A DNA stretch of 64,000 nt, taken from a virus. The notes beneath the pieces were generated by a model. The model worked only from the letters and a program-made list of their open reading frames with translations, searched no databases and was not told the DNA's origin. This document shows, piece by piece, positions 20,958-30,121 of this stretch. A program made the position numbers and the translations under genes. The stretch lies in the IMG/VR virus record IMGVR_UViG_3300050190_000082, positions 32,001 through 96,000 of that record. One strand, 5' to 3'. Positions within the stretch are counted from its first letter, which is position 1; each line of letters starts with the position of its first letter.

Positions 20958-21203
20958 ATGAATAAAAGACAAAATAAAAAGAAGATTAAATATGTCATAG
21001 ACAATATCCAAAAAGTTAATCTTGATGAAGGTGAATTCTTGGTTTTTCAATATGATAAGGAAAAATATCGTTTCCAAGACATTGCCGAGATGGCAGAATA
21101 TATTAAAAAAGGTCTTACTACTAAAGTTATTTTTCTACCAAGTGATTTTAAAATGAAGAAGGTAAAAGATAGGACTGAGGTTGCAGGATTTTTACAGTAT
21201 TGA
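20958..21203 (+). CDS. hypothetical protein
   Basis: AGGAGG RBS; MNKRQ.KK start typical of phage ORFs. Confidence 0.6.
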   Translation: MNKRQNKKKIKYVIDNIQKVNLDEGEFLVFQYDKEKYRFQDIAEMAEYIKKGLTTKVIFLPSDFKMKKVKDRTEVAGFLQY

Positions 21204-21215
21204 GAAAGATAAATC

Positions 21216-21244
21216 TTGACTTTACAAGTAATAAATAATATAAT
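21216..21244 (+). promoter_or_regulatory. sigma-A promoter
   Basis: TTGACT-N17-TATAAT. Confidence 0.7.
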
Positions 21245-21285
21245 ATATGTATACATATTAATGAATTTGGGAAGGAGGTTGAGTT

Positions 21286-21777
21286 GTGGGAAAGAGTTTA
21301 TTGAGTAAAACGAGTAAACCAAAGAAAGTAAATAAATATTCAGAAGTTAGCACAACTAAAAATGAATATAAGTTCAATTTGAAAGATAAGGTTGTTTATT
21401 TAGGTTTGGTTGACGAATATAAAGGGTTAGAGTGCATTATCATTAAAAAGAGTAGGAGGAAGATAATAGAGTATTATAAGGTGAAATTTGAGGATGGTGA
21501 AGAATTAGGAGATGTTGCAGGTGGCTTCCTAAGAACCAAAGAAGAATATGAGGATTTATTATTAGATCAAGAAAATAATAGCAATGAAGAAGATAGTACA
21601 AGTAATATGTCTGATGTAGAACTAAAGATTATTGAGTCTGGTTTAATTGCTATGAAGAACAAAAAATCCTGTATGTGCCAAATTTTATTTTATCAAAGAA
21701 GTTGTGAACAATGCCATTATGAAAATGTGTGTATATACTGGAAAAAAGGGATGTATGACAAGGTTAAATTTGACTAG
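21286..21777 (+). CDS. hypothetical protein (SH3-like N-terminus, Cys cluster at C-terminus)
   Basis: AGGAGG RBS with GTG start. Confidence 0.55.
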   Translation: MGKSLLSKTSKPKKVNKYSEVSTTKNEYKFNLKDKVVYLGLVDEYKGLECIIIKKSRRKIIEYYKVKFEDGEELGDVAGGFLRTKEEYEDLLLDQENNSNEEDSTSNMSDVELKIIESGLIAMKNKKSCMCQILFYQRSCEQCHYENVCIYWKKGMYDKVKFD

Positions 21778-21795
21778 AAGGGAGATATAATATAA

Positions 21796-22440
21796 TTGTC
21801 TATTAAACGCCCGTGTAGTGTTGAAAACTGTGTGTTACCTATAAAAGCTATGGGATATTGCGTCAAGCATTACACACAAATGAAAAGGCATGGAAAAATC
21901 TTAGAATATACAAGATTTGATAGTAATCAAATAATTATATTGGAAGATTTTATTGAAATAATTATTTTTCACAAAGACAAAAAATATACTGCAATAGTAT
22001 CAATGGATAAATTAGAATTAATCAAAAACCACAAGTGGAGGGTATATAAAAATTATGTACTAACAACTATTAATAATAAAAATATATATCTACATAGATT
22101 GTTGTTGAATATAGTAGACCCAAATGTAAAAGTTGATCACATTAATCATAATGGTTTAGATAATCTCAATGAGAATATAAGAGTATGTACTCAACGTGAA
22201 AATTTAATGAACACTTCAAAAAGAAAAGAAAACACATCAACTGTGATTGGGGTTGTATGGGATAAAGAAAGAAACAAGTGGAGGTCGCAAATGAGAATTA
22301 ATGGTAAGGTAACTAATTTAGGAAGATACGATAAATTTAAAGACGCTGTAAAAATAAGATTAGAAGCAGAAATAAAATATTTTCAGGAATTTGCACCACA
22401 AAAAAATTTATTTGAAGAATATGGAGTTGGTAATAAATGA
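21796..22440 (+). CDS. HNH homing endonuclease with AP2-like domain
   Basis: CSVENC..GYCVKHY Zn finger, LHR..VDHINHNGLDN..NIR, GVVW...W..LGRY. Confidence 0.85.
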   Translation: MSIKRPCSVENCVLPIKAMGYCVKHYTQMKRHGKILEYTRFDSNQIIILEDFIEIIIFHKDKKYTAIVSMDKLELIKNHKWRVYKNYVLTTINNKNIYLHRLLLNIVDPNVKVDHINHNGLDNLNENIRVCTQRENLMNTSKRKENTSTVIGVVWDKERNKWRSQMRINGKVTNLGRYDKFKDAVKIRLEAEIKYFQEFAPQKNLFEEYGVGNK

Positions 22441-23057
22441 TTAAGACTGAAAATATCTCAGTTATGAATTTTGAAAATGCCTTTCGTGGTATGCGCAATC
22501 CTCTTGCGAGTTGGGAACAGTCAGATAGTTATTGGGATGATTATGATAGGGAATATATCATAGGAGAAAAAGATTTAGCACTTGCGTTAAAACTCATTAA
22601 AGCAGGTTCAGACCACTCAAAATTCATGCGTCAGATATTAATATCTATGGACATTACCGCACCTCTGTATTGGTTTAAAGAGTTTGATACTTATAAGGTG
22701 AGTACAGTAGCTAACTCAACAAGTACAATGCACACACTACATAAAACAAAAATTACTCCTGAATTATTTTCCGTAGAAGGATTAGACGAAAGAAATTTTA
22801 TTCACTTTGATGATTATTGTTATTATTTAGAACTTCTAAGATGCCAATATCTCGAAACAAAAGATAAGGATATATGGATTCAGTTGATTCAAATGTTACC
22901 TTCTTCATTCAACCAAACTAGAACAGTAACATTTAATTATGCAGTAGCAAGTAATATTTATCCTTCTAGAGAGTTTCATAAACTTAGTGAGTGGCGTGAT
23001 TTTTGTAAGGTTATTAATTCATTACCATATAGTAATTTAATTACAGGAAAGGAGTAA
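22437..23057 (+). CDS. ThyX/Thy1-like protein (non-canonical)
   Basis: H.KFMRQI, APLYW.KEFDTYKV, STMH, LPSS..Q.R, R..HKL.EW; canonical RHR motif absent. Confidence 0.65.
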   Translation: MIKTENISVMNFENAFRGMRNPLASWEQSDSYWDDYDREYIIGEKDLALALKLIKAGSDHSKFMRQILISMDITAPLYWFKEFDTYKVSTVANSTSTMHTLHKTKITPELFSVEGLDERNFIHFDDYCYYLELLRCQYLETKDKDIWIQLIQMLPSSFNQTRTVTFNYAVASNIYPSREFHKLSEWRDFCKVINSLPYSNLITGKE

Positions 23058-23060
23058 ATA

Positions 23061-23612
23061 ATGAATAAAGTTAAAATTATAGGATTCTCGGCTAAAGCCC
23101 GTCATGGTAAAGACTCAAGTTGCTTAATACTAAAAAGAAAACTAGAAGAACAAGGCAATAAAGTATTAATCCTAGCTAACGCAAATTATGTAAAATATCT
23201 TGTTGCTACTTATTTTGGAGGGACATATGAAAGGACTCCAGAGAATCGCACTTTATGGCAAAAGTTTGGGACTGAAAAAGTTAGGACTATACAACCTGAT
23301 TTTTGGGTAAATACTCTTATTGACTTTGCAAAGGTATTTGGTCAAGACTACGATTATTTTTTATTGAGTGATTGTAGATTTTCTAATGAATTTGAAAAGT
23401 GGATGATTAAAGGGTTTGATGTTACTACTGTCAGAGTTGAAAGATTAGGATTTGAAAATGATTTAACTCCTGAACAAAGATCACATATTTCAGAAACAGC
23501 ATTAGATAATTACAACTTCGATTATTACATAAAAGCAGAAAATGGATTAAATAAGTTAGAGATTGAGATTGATAAATTTATTATCTGGATGAAGGAGAGT
23601 GCTGATTATTAA
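23061..23612 (+). CDS. deoxynucleoside monophosphate kinase-like protein
   Basis: SAKARHGKD P-loop, R.LWQ.FGT, SDCRF.NE, H.SE motifs. Confidence 0.75.
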   Translation: MNKVKIIGFSAKARHGKDSSCLILKRKLEEQGNKVLILANANYVKYLVATYFGGTYERTPENRTLWQKFGTEKVRTIQPDFWVNTLIDFAKVFGQDYDYFLLSDCRFSNEFEKWMIKGFDVTTVRVERLGFENDLTPEQRSHISETALDNYNFDYYIKAENGLNKLEIEIDKFIIWMKESADY

Positions 23613-24192
23613 GCCAAAATTGTTTCTTGATTTTGATAATACAATTGTAAACGCTACTCAAAAATTCTGCTCTTGCTACAATGAAATATATAAACATCAT
23701 CCTGATTTTGTTTATGCAGAATGGAAACTAGTAGACAAATGGAGTTTTTGTGATCAATGCCCCTTAGTAACTAGTGTTGAAGACATATTTAAAATGAGAA
23801 TGTTCTTTGATGATTTACCTTTTATCAATGAGAATACATATGAAGTCTTAAAAGAAGTTAATGAGAAATATCAAATCATATTAGTTTCAATCGGTAGTCA
23901 TGGTAATATAGCTTTAAAATCAAATTGGGTTCATGAGTATTTACCATTTATTAAGGAGTGTATATTTCTTGTTAATGATGGTTGCACAATGGATAAAAGT
24001 CTAGTAGATATGAGCATAAGAGATAATGAATATCACCCAATATTTATAGATGATGTTGTTTCAAATCTTGATAGTTCTAATGCTAAATATAAGGTGGCGT
24101 TTGGAGATATTCATGAATGGAACAGGAATTGGGATGGAGATAGGTGCATGAACTGGACTGAGATTGGTAATTTGCTATTAAAAGATAGGTAA
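23599..24192 (+). CDS. HAD-family 5'(3')-deoxyribonucleotidase
   Basis: FLDFDNTI motif I, K..W, FIDD, WN. Confidence 0.75.
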   Translation: MLIIKPKLFLDFDNTIVNATQKFCSCYNEIYKHHPDFVYAEWKLVDKWSFCDQCPLVTSVEDIFKMRMFFDDLPFINENTYEVLKEVNEKYQIILVSIGSHGNIALKSNWVHEYLPFIKECIFLVNDGCTMDKSLVDMSIRDNEYHPIFIDDVVSNLDSSNAKYKVAFGDIHEWNRNWDGDRCMNWTEIGNLLLKDR

Positions 24193-24233
24193 ACCAAATA
24201 TAATAATAATATAATAATAAAGGAGATTAAAAT

Positions 24234-24674
24234 ATGACAGTAGTGGATTATAATATTTCTCCATGCAAAAAATGTGAACGATTTGCTTCATCGTGTGATT
24301 TCCCTTGTCAACAATATTCTGATGCTGAATTAGAGCAGGATTTAGCAAAAAAGAATAGAGATATTGAATTAAGTTATGAGATAGAGAAAGAGACTGTTAA
24401 AGTTAATAACGATACAGATATTGAGAATTTTCTTGATTATTCTGTAGAAGATATAGAATGGTTTCAGATATTAAATGGCAAAAGAACATTTAATGAATTA
24501 TTTGATAAAAAAGCATTGTTAGAAATGATGTGGAAAAAGCATGAGAAATATTGTGAAGACAATGGTTTATGTCCTGAATGTAGAGGATTTATGGAGAAAT
24601 ATCCCTCTTATGAAGATGTTCGTGGAGCAAAAGGGTTAGTGGAGTATGAATATAAGTGTAGTAAGGGATGTTAG
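24234..24674 (+). CDS. hypothetical Cys-rich protein
   Basis: AAGGAG RBS; CxxC motifs. Confidence 0.6.
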   Translation: MTVVDYNISPCKKCERFASSCDFPCQQYSDAELEQDLAKKNRDIELSYEIEKETVKVNNDTDIENFLDYSVEDIEWFQILNGKRTFNELFDKKALLEMMWKKHEKYCEDNGLCPECRGFMEKYPSYEDVRGAKGLVEYEYKCSKGC

Positions 24675-24748
24675 GACAGTAAGTATTTGTAATAGACTTT
24701 ATGCTCAATATAGAGTGTGAAGTCTATTAAACTATATATAATATTAAC

Positions 24749-24777
24749 TTGACTTTAGTATGGATTAGTAGTATAAT
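24749..24777 (+). promoter_or_regulatory. sigma-A promoter of the endonuclease gene
   Basis: TTGACT-N17-TATAAT. Confidence 0.7.
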
Positions 24778-24822
24778 ATAGGTAGTGGTAAGTATGTTTA
24801 TTTCGAGGGAGGTTTAGAATTT

Positions 24823-26670
24823 ATGTTGATTACTAAAGAAGTTGAAGTGGGATTAAAATCACAAACCATAAAATGGTATGAAGATAAAGGTTATGAGATA
24901 CCAAGAAGGATAGATAAGTATGGGAAGAACCGTGTTAAAAAGGGAACAAAAATTAAAGTGAAAGTAGAGGATCTAACTGATAGTTCAGATGTGCCAGTTA
25001 ATGTTCAATGCGATGGTTGCGGAGAATTATTAGAAGATATAAGATGGCATTCCTATAAAAAATGTGTAAAACAAGATGGTAAATATTATTGCCTTAAATG
25101 TGCAATGAGATTATATGGTTCGGTAAATCTAAAGAAAACCTTATTAGAGAAGAGTATATCTTTCTACCAATGGTGTTATACTAATCTTTCTAAAGAATTA
25201 GCAGATTATATATTATTGAGATGGGATTATGATTTAAACATTGATGAATATGGTAAAAATATAAGCCCTGAAGATGTTTGTATTTGTTCTTCTCTTTCTA
25301 AGGGAAAGGGATATTGGTTTAAATGTTTAGATCATCCTGAACATGATTCTGAACAGAAAAGTATCATAGATTTTACAAGAAGACAAAAAACAAGTCTTAA
25401 TTGTATTCAATGTAACATGATAGTAGTAACTCACCCTGAATTGGTAAAATATTTAGTAAATAAAGAGGACGCATATAAATACTCCATAGGATCAAATGTC
25501 AAAATACCAATGAAATGCCCTAATTGTGGATTTGAAAAAATGATGTCCCTTAATACCTTATTTAGAGGATTTGGCTGTTCGAGGTGCTCTGATGGCGTGA
25601 GTTATCCTGAGAAGTTTTTATTTTCAATGTTGGAGCAGTTAGATGTAATTTTCAAGGTTCAGTTAAGTAGTAAAACCTTTGAATGGTGCAAAACTTATAA
25701 ATATGACAATTATATAGATAATATGAGTTGTATAATAGAAACTCATGGAATCCAACACTATGAAGAAATCAAGGGGAGTTGGAAGATGACTTTAGCTGAA
25801 ATACAAGAAAATGATAAATCTAAAGAAAAGATCGCTAAAGAAAACGGAATAATGAGTTATATAATTTTGGATTGTAAGCACTCAAATACTAAATGGATTA
25901 AGAATAGTATAATAGAAAGTGATTTACCGAGGGTATTAGGGTTTAAAGAAGATGATGTAAATTGGCTTGAATGCCATGAATTAGCTTGCTCAAGTTTAGT
26001 TAAAATAGCGTGTGAACTCTGGAATAGTGAAATTAAAAACACAACATATATAGCAGATAAATTAAAAGTAGATAAACATACAATTGTAAAATATTTAAAG
26101 CAAGGCGTTGAATTAGGTTGGTGTGATTACGATCCAGATGAAGAAAAAAAGAAAAGAAGTATTTCAATGAAAGAATTAAACTCTAGAAAAATGATTTGTT
26201 TAACGACTAAAGAAGTATTTGATTCTCAAACAGAAGCTGAGCAAAAATATTCTATAATAAATATATCTGCATGTTTTGGCAAAGGAAGACAAAAATCAGC
26301 AGGAAGACATCCTGAAACGGGTGAGAAATTAGTATGGATGTTCTATGATGAATATTTAGTTAAATCACAAATTATAGGGTGGTGTGAAGAATATATAAAC
26401 AGTCACAATGGTAAAATAATCTGTCTGACTACAAATGAAATCTTTAATCAGCAATCTGAAGCATGTAATAAATACAACATATCTCCTTCGTGCATATCTA
26501 TGTGTTGTAGCAATAAATACAAGTCAGCAGGCAAACATCCAGATACAGGAGAATTATTGAAGTGGATGAATTATGGTGAATACATTAAAGCTCAAAAATC
26601 AGATTTACCTCCTGTGGATAACTTTCAAAGCACAACCAATAATAATAGTAAGATAAACCATTTTGTATAA
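24823..26670 (+). CDS. multi-domain putative homing endonuclease (Zn ribbons, PD-(D/E)XK/Vsr-like core, two NUMOD-like repeats)
   Basis: CxxC repeats, YD.Y...IIETHG.QHY core, duplicated ICLTT.E.F...SAG.HP.TGE.L.WM repeats. Confidence 0.65.
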   Translation: MLITKEVEVGLKSQTIKWYEDKGYEIPRRIDKYGKNRVKKGTKIKVKVEDLTDSSDVPVNVQCDGCGELLEDIRWHSYKKCVKQDGKYYCLKCAMRLYGSVNLKKTLLEKSISFYQWCYTNLSKELADYILLRWDYDLNIDEYGKNISPEDVCICSSLSKGKGYWFKCLDHPEHDSEQKSIIDFTRRQKTSLNCIQCNMIVVTHPELVKYLVNKEDAYKYSIGSNVKIPMKCPNCGFEKMMSLNTLFRGFGCSRCSDGVSYPEKFLFSMLEQLDVIFKVQLSSKTFEWCKTYKYDNYIDNMSCIIETHGIQHYEEIKGSWKMTLAEIQENDKSKEKIAKENGIMSYIILDCKHSNTKWIKNSIIESDLPRVLGFKEDDVNWLECHELACSSLVKIACELWNSEIKNTTYIADKLKVDKHTIVKYLKQGVELGWCDYDPDEEKKKRSISMKELNSRKMICLTTKEVFDSQTEAEQKYSIINISACFGKGRQKSAGRHPETGEKLVWMFYDEYLVKSQIIGWCEEYINSHNGKIICLTTNEIFNQQSEACNKYNISPSCISMCCSNKYKSAGKHPDTGELLKWMNYGEYIKAQKSDLPPVDNFQSTTNNNSKINHFV

Positions 26671-26787
26671 GTGTCTTTTGTATGTCTAAATTCTAGACTA
26701 CCCCTGTCTAAATTCTAGACTAGTCTAAATTATTGACTAGTCTTTTCTGTGGATAAGTAGCACTTACCTAGTCTAGAATTTAGACTA
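26613..26787. promoter_or_regulatory. putative plasmid-type replication origin (iterons plus DnaA boxes)
   Basis: GTCTAAATTCTAGAC at 26684 and 26706, a variant at 26723, an inverted copy at 26771; perfect DnaA boxes TGTGGATAA at 26613 and 26748. Confidence 0.75.
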
Positions 26788-26796
26788 CTTGACATT

Positions 26797-27189
26797 TCAG
26801 ACTTTCCTCTCTTCCATCATAATTTCAAATAGTTTTTCTCCACTTATAATTCCCTCTTTTACCATCTTTTCAATTTCTTCAGTCTCCTCACTACATAGAA
26901 AATAGAGTTTTTTAATCTTACCCAGACTACCTGATTTAGAAGTCCATATATAACCATTGTCATCGAGCCACTTCATACCCGATATGACACTCTGTTTTGA
27001 TAAGCCTGTACTAGAAATGAGTTGAGAGATGCTTATATAATCTCCAGTCTTCCCCCAGCCCCAAGTTTTTCTGATCATGAGTAAATAACATTTCAATGCT
27101 GACAAATTACTTATTCTAGGAATTAACTCATCAAATACAATATTTGGAACTTCCATAAAGTTTTTCTGTGGTCTAGGTAATCTAAACAT
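26797..27189 (-). CDS. replication initiator, lambda O N-terminal (wHTH) family
   Basis: NF.EVPN.VFD..., IRKTWGW.K..DYISISQL...TGLSKQSV motif. Confidence 0.75.
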   Translation of the reverse strand: MFRLPRPQKNFMEVPNIVFDELIPRISNLSALKCYLLMIRKTWGWGKTGDYISISQLISSTGLSKQSVISGMKWLDDNGYIWTSKSGSLGKIKKLYFLCSEETEEIEKMVKEGIISGEKLFEIMMEERKV

Positions 27190-27276
27190 ATTTCTTTCCC
27201 TCTTTCTAACATTTTGCTTTTAAAGGCAATAGCAATGCTAGTAGACAAGAAGCTAAATTTCTGATAAAATAACATT

Positions 27277-27352
27277 ATAGAAATTCATCTCGTCTTCTAA
27301 TGCCATCTGCAAGTGTCAAGTTTTGCCGACACAACGCTTGCAGATGGTTTTT
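27277..27352 (+). ncRNA. candidate countertranscript (antisense) RNA 1 in the rep leader
   Basis: TAGACA-N17-TAAAAT promoter (27242-27270) and an 11-bp GC stem followed by T5. Confidence 0.55.
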
Positions 27353-27497
27353 GCATATACTTTATTAAATTTTGGACAAATTAAAAAGTTAGTAGCAAAA
27401 TGTATTTCTACACGCAACTACTAACTTTGACAAAACTTACTAAATTATTATCTAGATATAGACTTGATTTTATCTCTATATATAGTATAATCATTCT

Positions 27498-27580
27498 TAT
27501 AAGAAGTCCAAGCATTTGTTGTTGAAGAACATTTGCTAGATCAAAACCACTAAGTCCTTGCAAGACTAGTGGTTTTACTT
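27498..27580 (+). ncRNA. candidate countertranscript RNA 2 in the rep leader
   Basis: TTGATT-N16-TATAAT (27464-27491) and hairpin AAAACCACTA/TAGTGGTTTT. Confidence 0.4.
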
Positions 27581-27679
27581 ATTTTATTGGGTTGATAATA
27601 TATATTCTACATCTCGACACTATTCTCCTTCAATAGAAGAAATGATTCACTAAATATTAGTATACCTTATTTTCCCCCT

Positions 27680-27712
27680 TGTGGATAGACTTATATAGAA
27701 ACTTTATACACA
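27680..27712. promoter_or_regulatory. DnaA boxes upstream of rep
   Basis: TGTGGATAG (1 mismatch) and TTATACACA. Confidence 0.5.
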
Positions 27713-27731
27713 GGCATATTACGAGAAATAA

Positions 27732-27770
27732 GCCCAGTCGATCATACTATATGTATGCTTTCGACTGGGC
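27732..27770 (-). terminator. terminator of the parA operon
   Basis: GCCCAGTCGA/TCGACTGGGC stem just past the stop codon. Confidence 0.6.
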
Positions 27771-27785
27771 CTTTGCATTTTATCA

Positions 27786-28259
27786 CTACTTCCCTGCTTT
27801 GTTTTCCTTAAAATCTATATCTTCCATAAAACTATTTAACATAAATCTAACAAATGCACTTTCATTTTCAAATTTCTTACTCATTTCTTGTACAAATGTC
27901 TTTTGTTTTTTTGTAACATTTGCAACTAATCTTGACGAAAATTTTTCATTCTTAATCGGTATCTGTACACTATATTTCATAGGTGTTTGAATAGTATTTA
28001 TTGGGGTTTCTAGTGTAGTAGTTAGTGCACTACTCTGTTCACTTGTTAAGGTATTACTTGGTATACTATCTTTGTCTGTATTAAAGACATTTTCCTTGAC
28101 GCTACTTTGTTGTGTTACATTTACACTTTCATCCTTACTATCTTGGATAGTCTCACGTACAACATCTTTAATAGTATCTACTTCTGTATCTAATACAATG
28201 ATCTGTTCAGTATCCTTCTTTTTACCAAATCCTACTCCCTGAACAAGTTTCTTACTCAT
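27786..28259 (-). CDS. type Ib partition adaptor (C-terminal RHH-like domain)
   Basis: Overlaps the parA stop; basic N-terminus, low-complexity linker, C-terminal beta-helix-helix (RLVANVT..NESAFVRFML). Confidence 0.65.
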   Translation of the reverse strand: MSKKLVQGVGFGKKKDTEQIIVLDTEVDTIKDVVRETIQDSKDESVNVTQQSSVKENVFNTDKDSIPSNTLTSEQSSALTTTLETPINTIQTPMKYSVQIPIKNEKFSSRLVANVTKKQKTFVQEMSKKFENESAFVRFMLNSFMEDIDFKENKAGK

Positions 28260-29041
28260 AATGCTAAAACCTCCTCTGTAAAGCTTATATAGTCCATTAC
28301 AGCATCATTAGTAGGTGAATATATAATTGGTGGTTGTCCAACATATTGAGCTTCACCTATCCTTACACTTCTTCTGATTGCAGTTTTAAAAACATGAATA
28401 TTTCTTTGCTCACAAAACTTCTGAATCTCTTGTGAAACATTACTTGATAGATTTGTTCTTGCTTGAAATATTGTCATTAAAACCCCAAGAATATTTACAT
28501 TAGGATTATAATCATCCTTAACTATTTTCACAGTCTTTAATAAATCATTCAATCCAGATAATGCAAATTGTTCTGGAGGTGTAGGTATTATTATTCCATC
28601 AGTAGCCGACAAACAATTAATCGTAAGCCAACCCAACGAAGGAGGACAGTCAATAATTATAAAATCATAATTGTCTTTAATATCAGCAATAGCATTTTTC
28701 AACCAATGGGCAGGAGTATACTCTTCCCTATTGTGTTCAACTAACATATCAAAATTAGCTAAAGACAAATTGCTTGGTATTAGATCAACTTGATAATCCG
28801 TTTTTATAATTACATCTTTAATAGAATACTTGTCTACAAATACATCATAGATTGTTTTCTCTATGTCTTCAGGCTTGATCCCTATTGAAAGTGAGATATT
28901 TCCTTGAGGGTCAAAATCTATGATGAGAACCTTTTTCTTTTTCTTTGCTAAAGCTGTTGCTAGACAAACAACAGTTGTACTTTTACCGACTCCACCTTTC
29001 TGTAAACTCACGCATATGGTATTAGTCTTTACATTGCCCAT
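28256..29041 (-). CDS. parA: ParA/Soj Walker-type partition ATPase
   Basis: QKGGVGKST, IDFDPQGN, IIDCPPSLG motifs. Confidence 0.95.
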   Translation of the reverse strand: MGNVKTNTICVSLQKGGVGKSTTVVCLATALAKKKKKVLIIDFDPQGNISLSIGIKPEDIEKTIYDVFVDKYSIKDVIIKTDYQVDLIPSNLSLANFDMLVEHNREEYTPAHWLKNAIADIKDNYDFIIIDCPPSLGWLTINCLSATDGIIIPTPPEQFALSGLNDLLKTVKIVKDDYNPNVNILGVLMTIFQARTNLSSNVSQEIQKFCEQRNIHVFKTAIRRSVRIGEAQYVGQPPIIYSPTNDAVMDYISFTEEVLAL

Positions 29042-29154
29042 AATAATCTCCTTCATACTATTAAATATAGTGTTAAATGCTTGCCATTAGTTAGTGCACT
29101 GTGTAGTGTACTGTTTAAACAATTGCTTATTATGCTGATTATACCATAGAGTAG

Positions 29155-29203
29155 TCATAAATTAAATACCCTTGCATATATAAGTGTTAAACAAGTGTTA
29201 AAC
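29155..29203 (+). promoter_or_regulatory. sigma-E-like promoter with tandem AAGTGTTAAAC repeats (parC-like operator)
   Basis: TCATAAA-N13-CATATAT, then two 11-bp direct repeats at 29182 and 29193. Confidence 0.4.
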
Positions 29204-29224
29204 AAAACTAGGGAGGGATTATCC

Positions 29225-30121
29225 ATGTTGTTTTTTGATTGCGGTAATTCATACATTAAAGCAAGAAATTCTATAGGGAGGGAATTAATAAATTTATCTG
29301 TGGTAGGAAAAATTCAAGACACCTTCACAGAAAAAGAACTATTCCAAATAGACAATAAATACATTGGTGAAGATGCAATTTTGCATGGTTATGCACAAGA
29401 TTATTCATTAGATGAGATCAAAACAGAACAATCCACATTTAAAACTCTCACAAAATATGCTTTATGCAAGTACAAAGATGAAACTAAAATAGTTTTCTTA
29501 TTCCCTTTTGAATCATATTTTACAGAAAAGAAGCAAATAATAGAAATGTTCTCACGAAATATGGATATTGAATATAAAATCGGCAATACAACTTATACTC
29601 ATAGATTTAGACCTACTTTAATCAAAAGTCTCCCTCAAGGGTATTCTGCTGGAATGGATTATTTTCTTGATGACAAAGGCAAAATTAAAGAAGAAATCCC
29701 GAATATAACTCTAATAATTGATATAGGAATGGGTACTTGTAATCTGATTTATTTACTCAGGGGAGAAATAGTTAGAGAAATGAGTCATACAACTAAAAAT
29801 GGAATGCATCAGATTTACAAAAGAGCATTAAATGGTAGAAAGATTTATGAAGTTGACTTGTACAATGGTTATGATTCAGTAGCACCTTTGTATGATGACT
29901 TAGCAACATTAATAAAATCGGATATATCAACTTATTATGAAATTAAAAAAATAGATAAAATAGTTGTTGTAGGTGGAGGTGGAACTGCTATTTATAATTT
30001 CTTACCTTGGACGAATAAAGTCTCACATAAAGGGCAAATGACAAATATTAGAGGAGCTGAAAAGGTGGTGAAAAATTTATCATGGGGGAATTTAGAGCAT
30101 TCAGGGATGATAATGTCTTAA
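29225..30121 (+). CDS. ParM/Alp actin-like ATPase
   Basis: DCGNSYIK phosphate 1, PQG, IDIGMGT phosphate 2, VGGGG adenosine motif. Confidence 0.85.
   Translation: MLFFDCGNSYIKARNSIGRELINLSVVGKIQDTFTEKELFQIDNKYIGEDAILHGYAQDYSLDEIKTEQSTFKTLTKYALCKYKDETKIVFLFPFESYFTEKKQIIEMFSRNMDIEYKIGNTTYTHRFRPTLIKSLPQGYSAGMDYFLDDKGKIKEEIPNITLIIDIGMGTCNLIYLLRGEIVREMSHTTKNGMHQIYKRALNGRKIYEVDLYNGYDSVAPLYDDLATLIKSDISTYYEIKKIDKIVVVGGGGTAIYNFLPWTNKVSHKGQMTNIRGAEKVVKNLSWGNLEHSGMIMS

Noticed and set aside
700-21322. Many 60-115 aa minus-strand ORFs inside the replication and metabolism genes
   Set aside because: Antisense shadows of well-supported plus-strand genes, with no RBS or recognisable motifs
26683-26787. Repeats read as a CRISPR array
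   Set aside because: Units are about 15-18 bp with 0-5 bp gaps and one is inverted; no spacers or cas genes; they fit iterons
27679-27990. 103-aa plus-strand ORF
   Set aside because: Overlaps DnaA boxes, a terminator and the antisense of the partition adaptor
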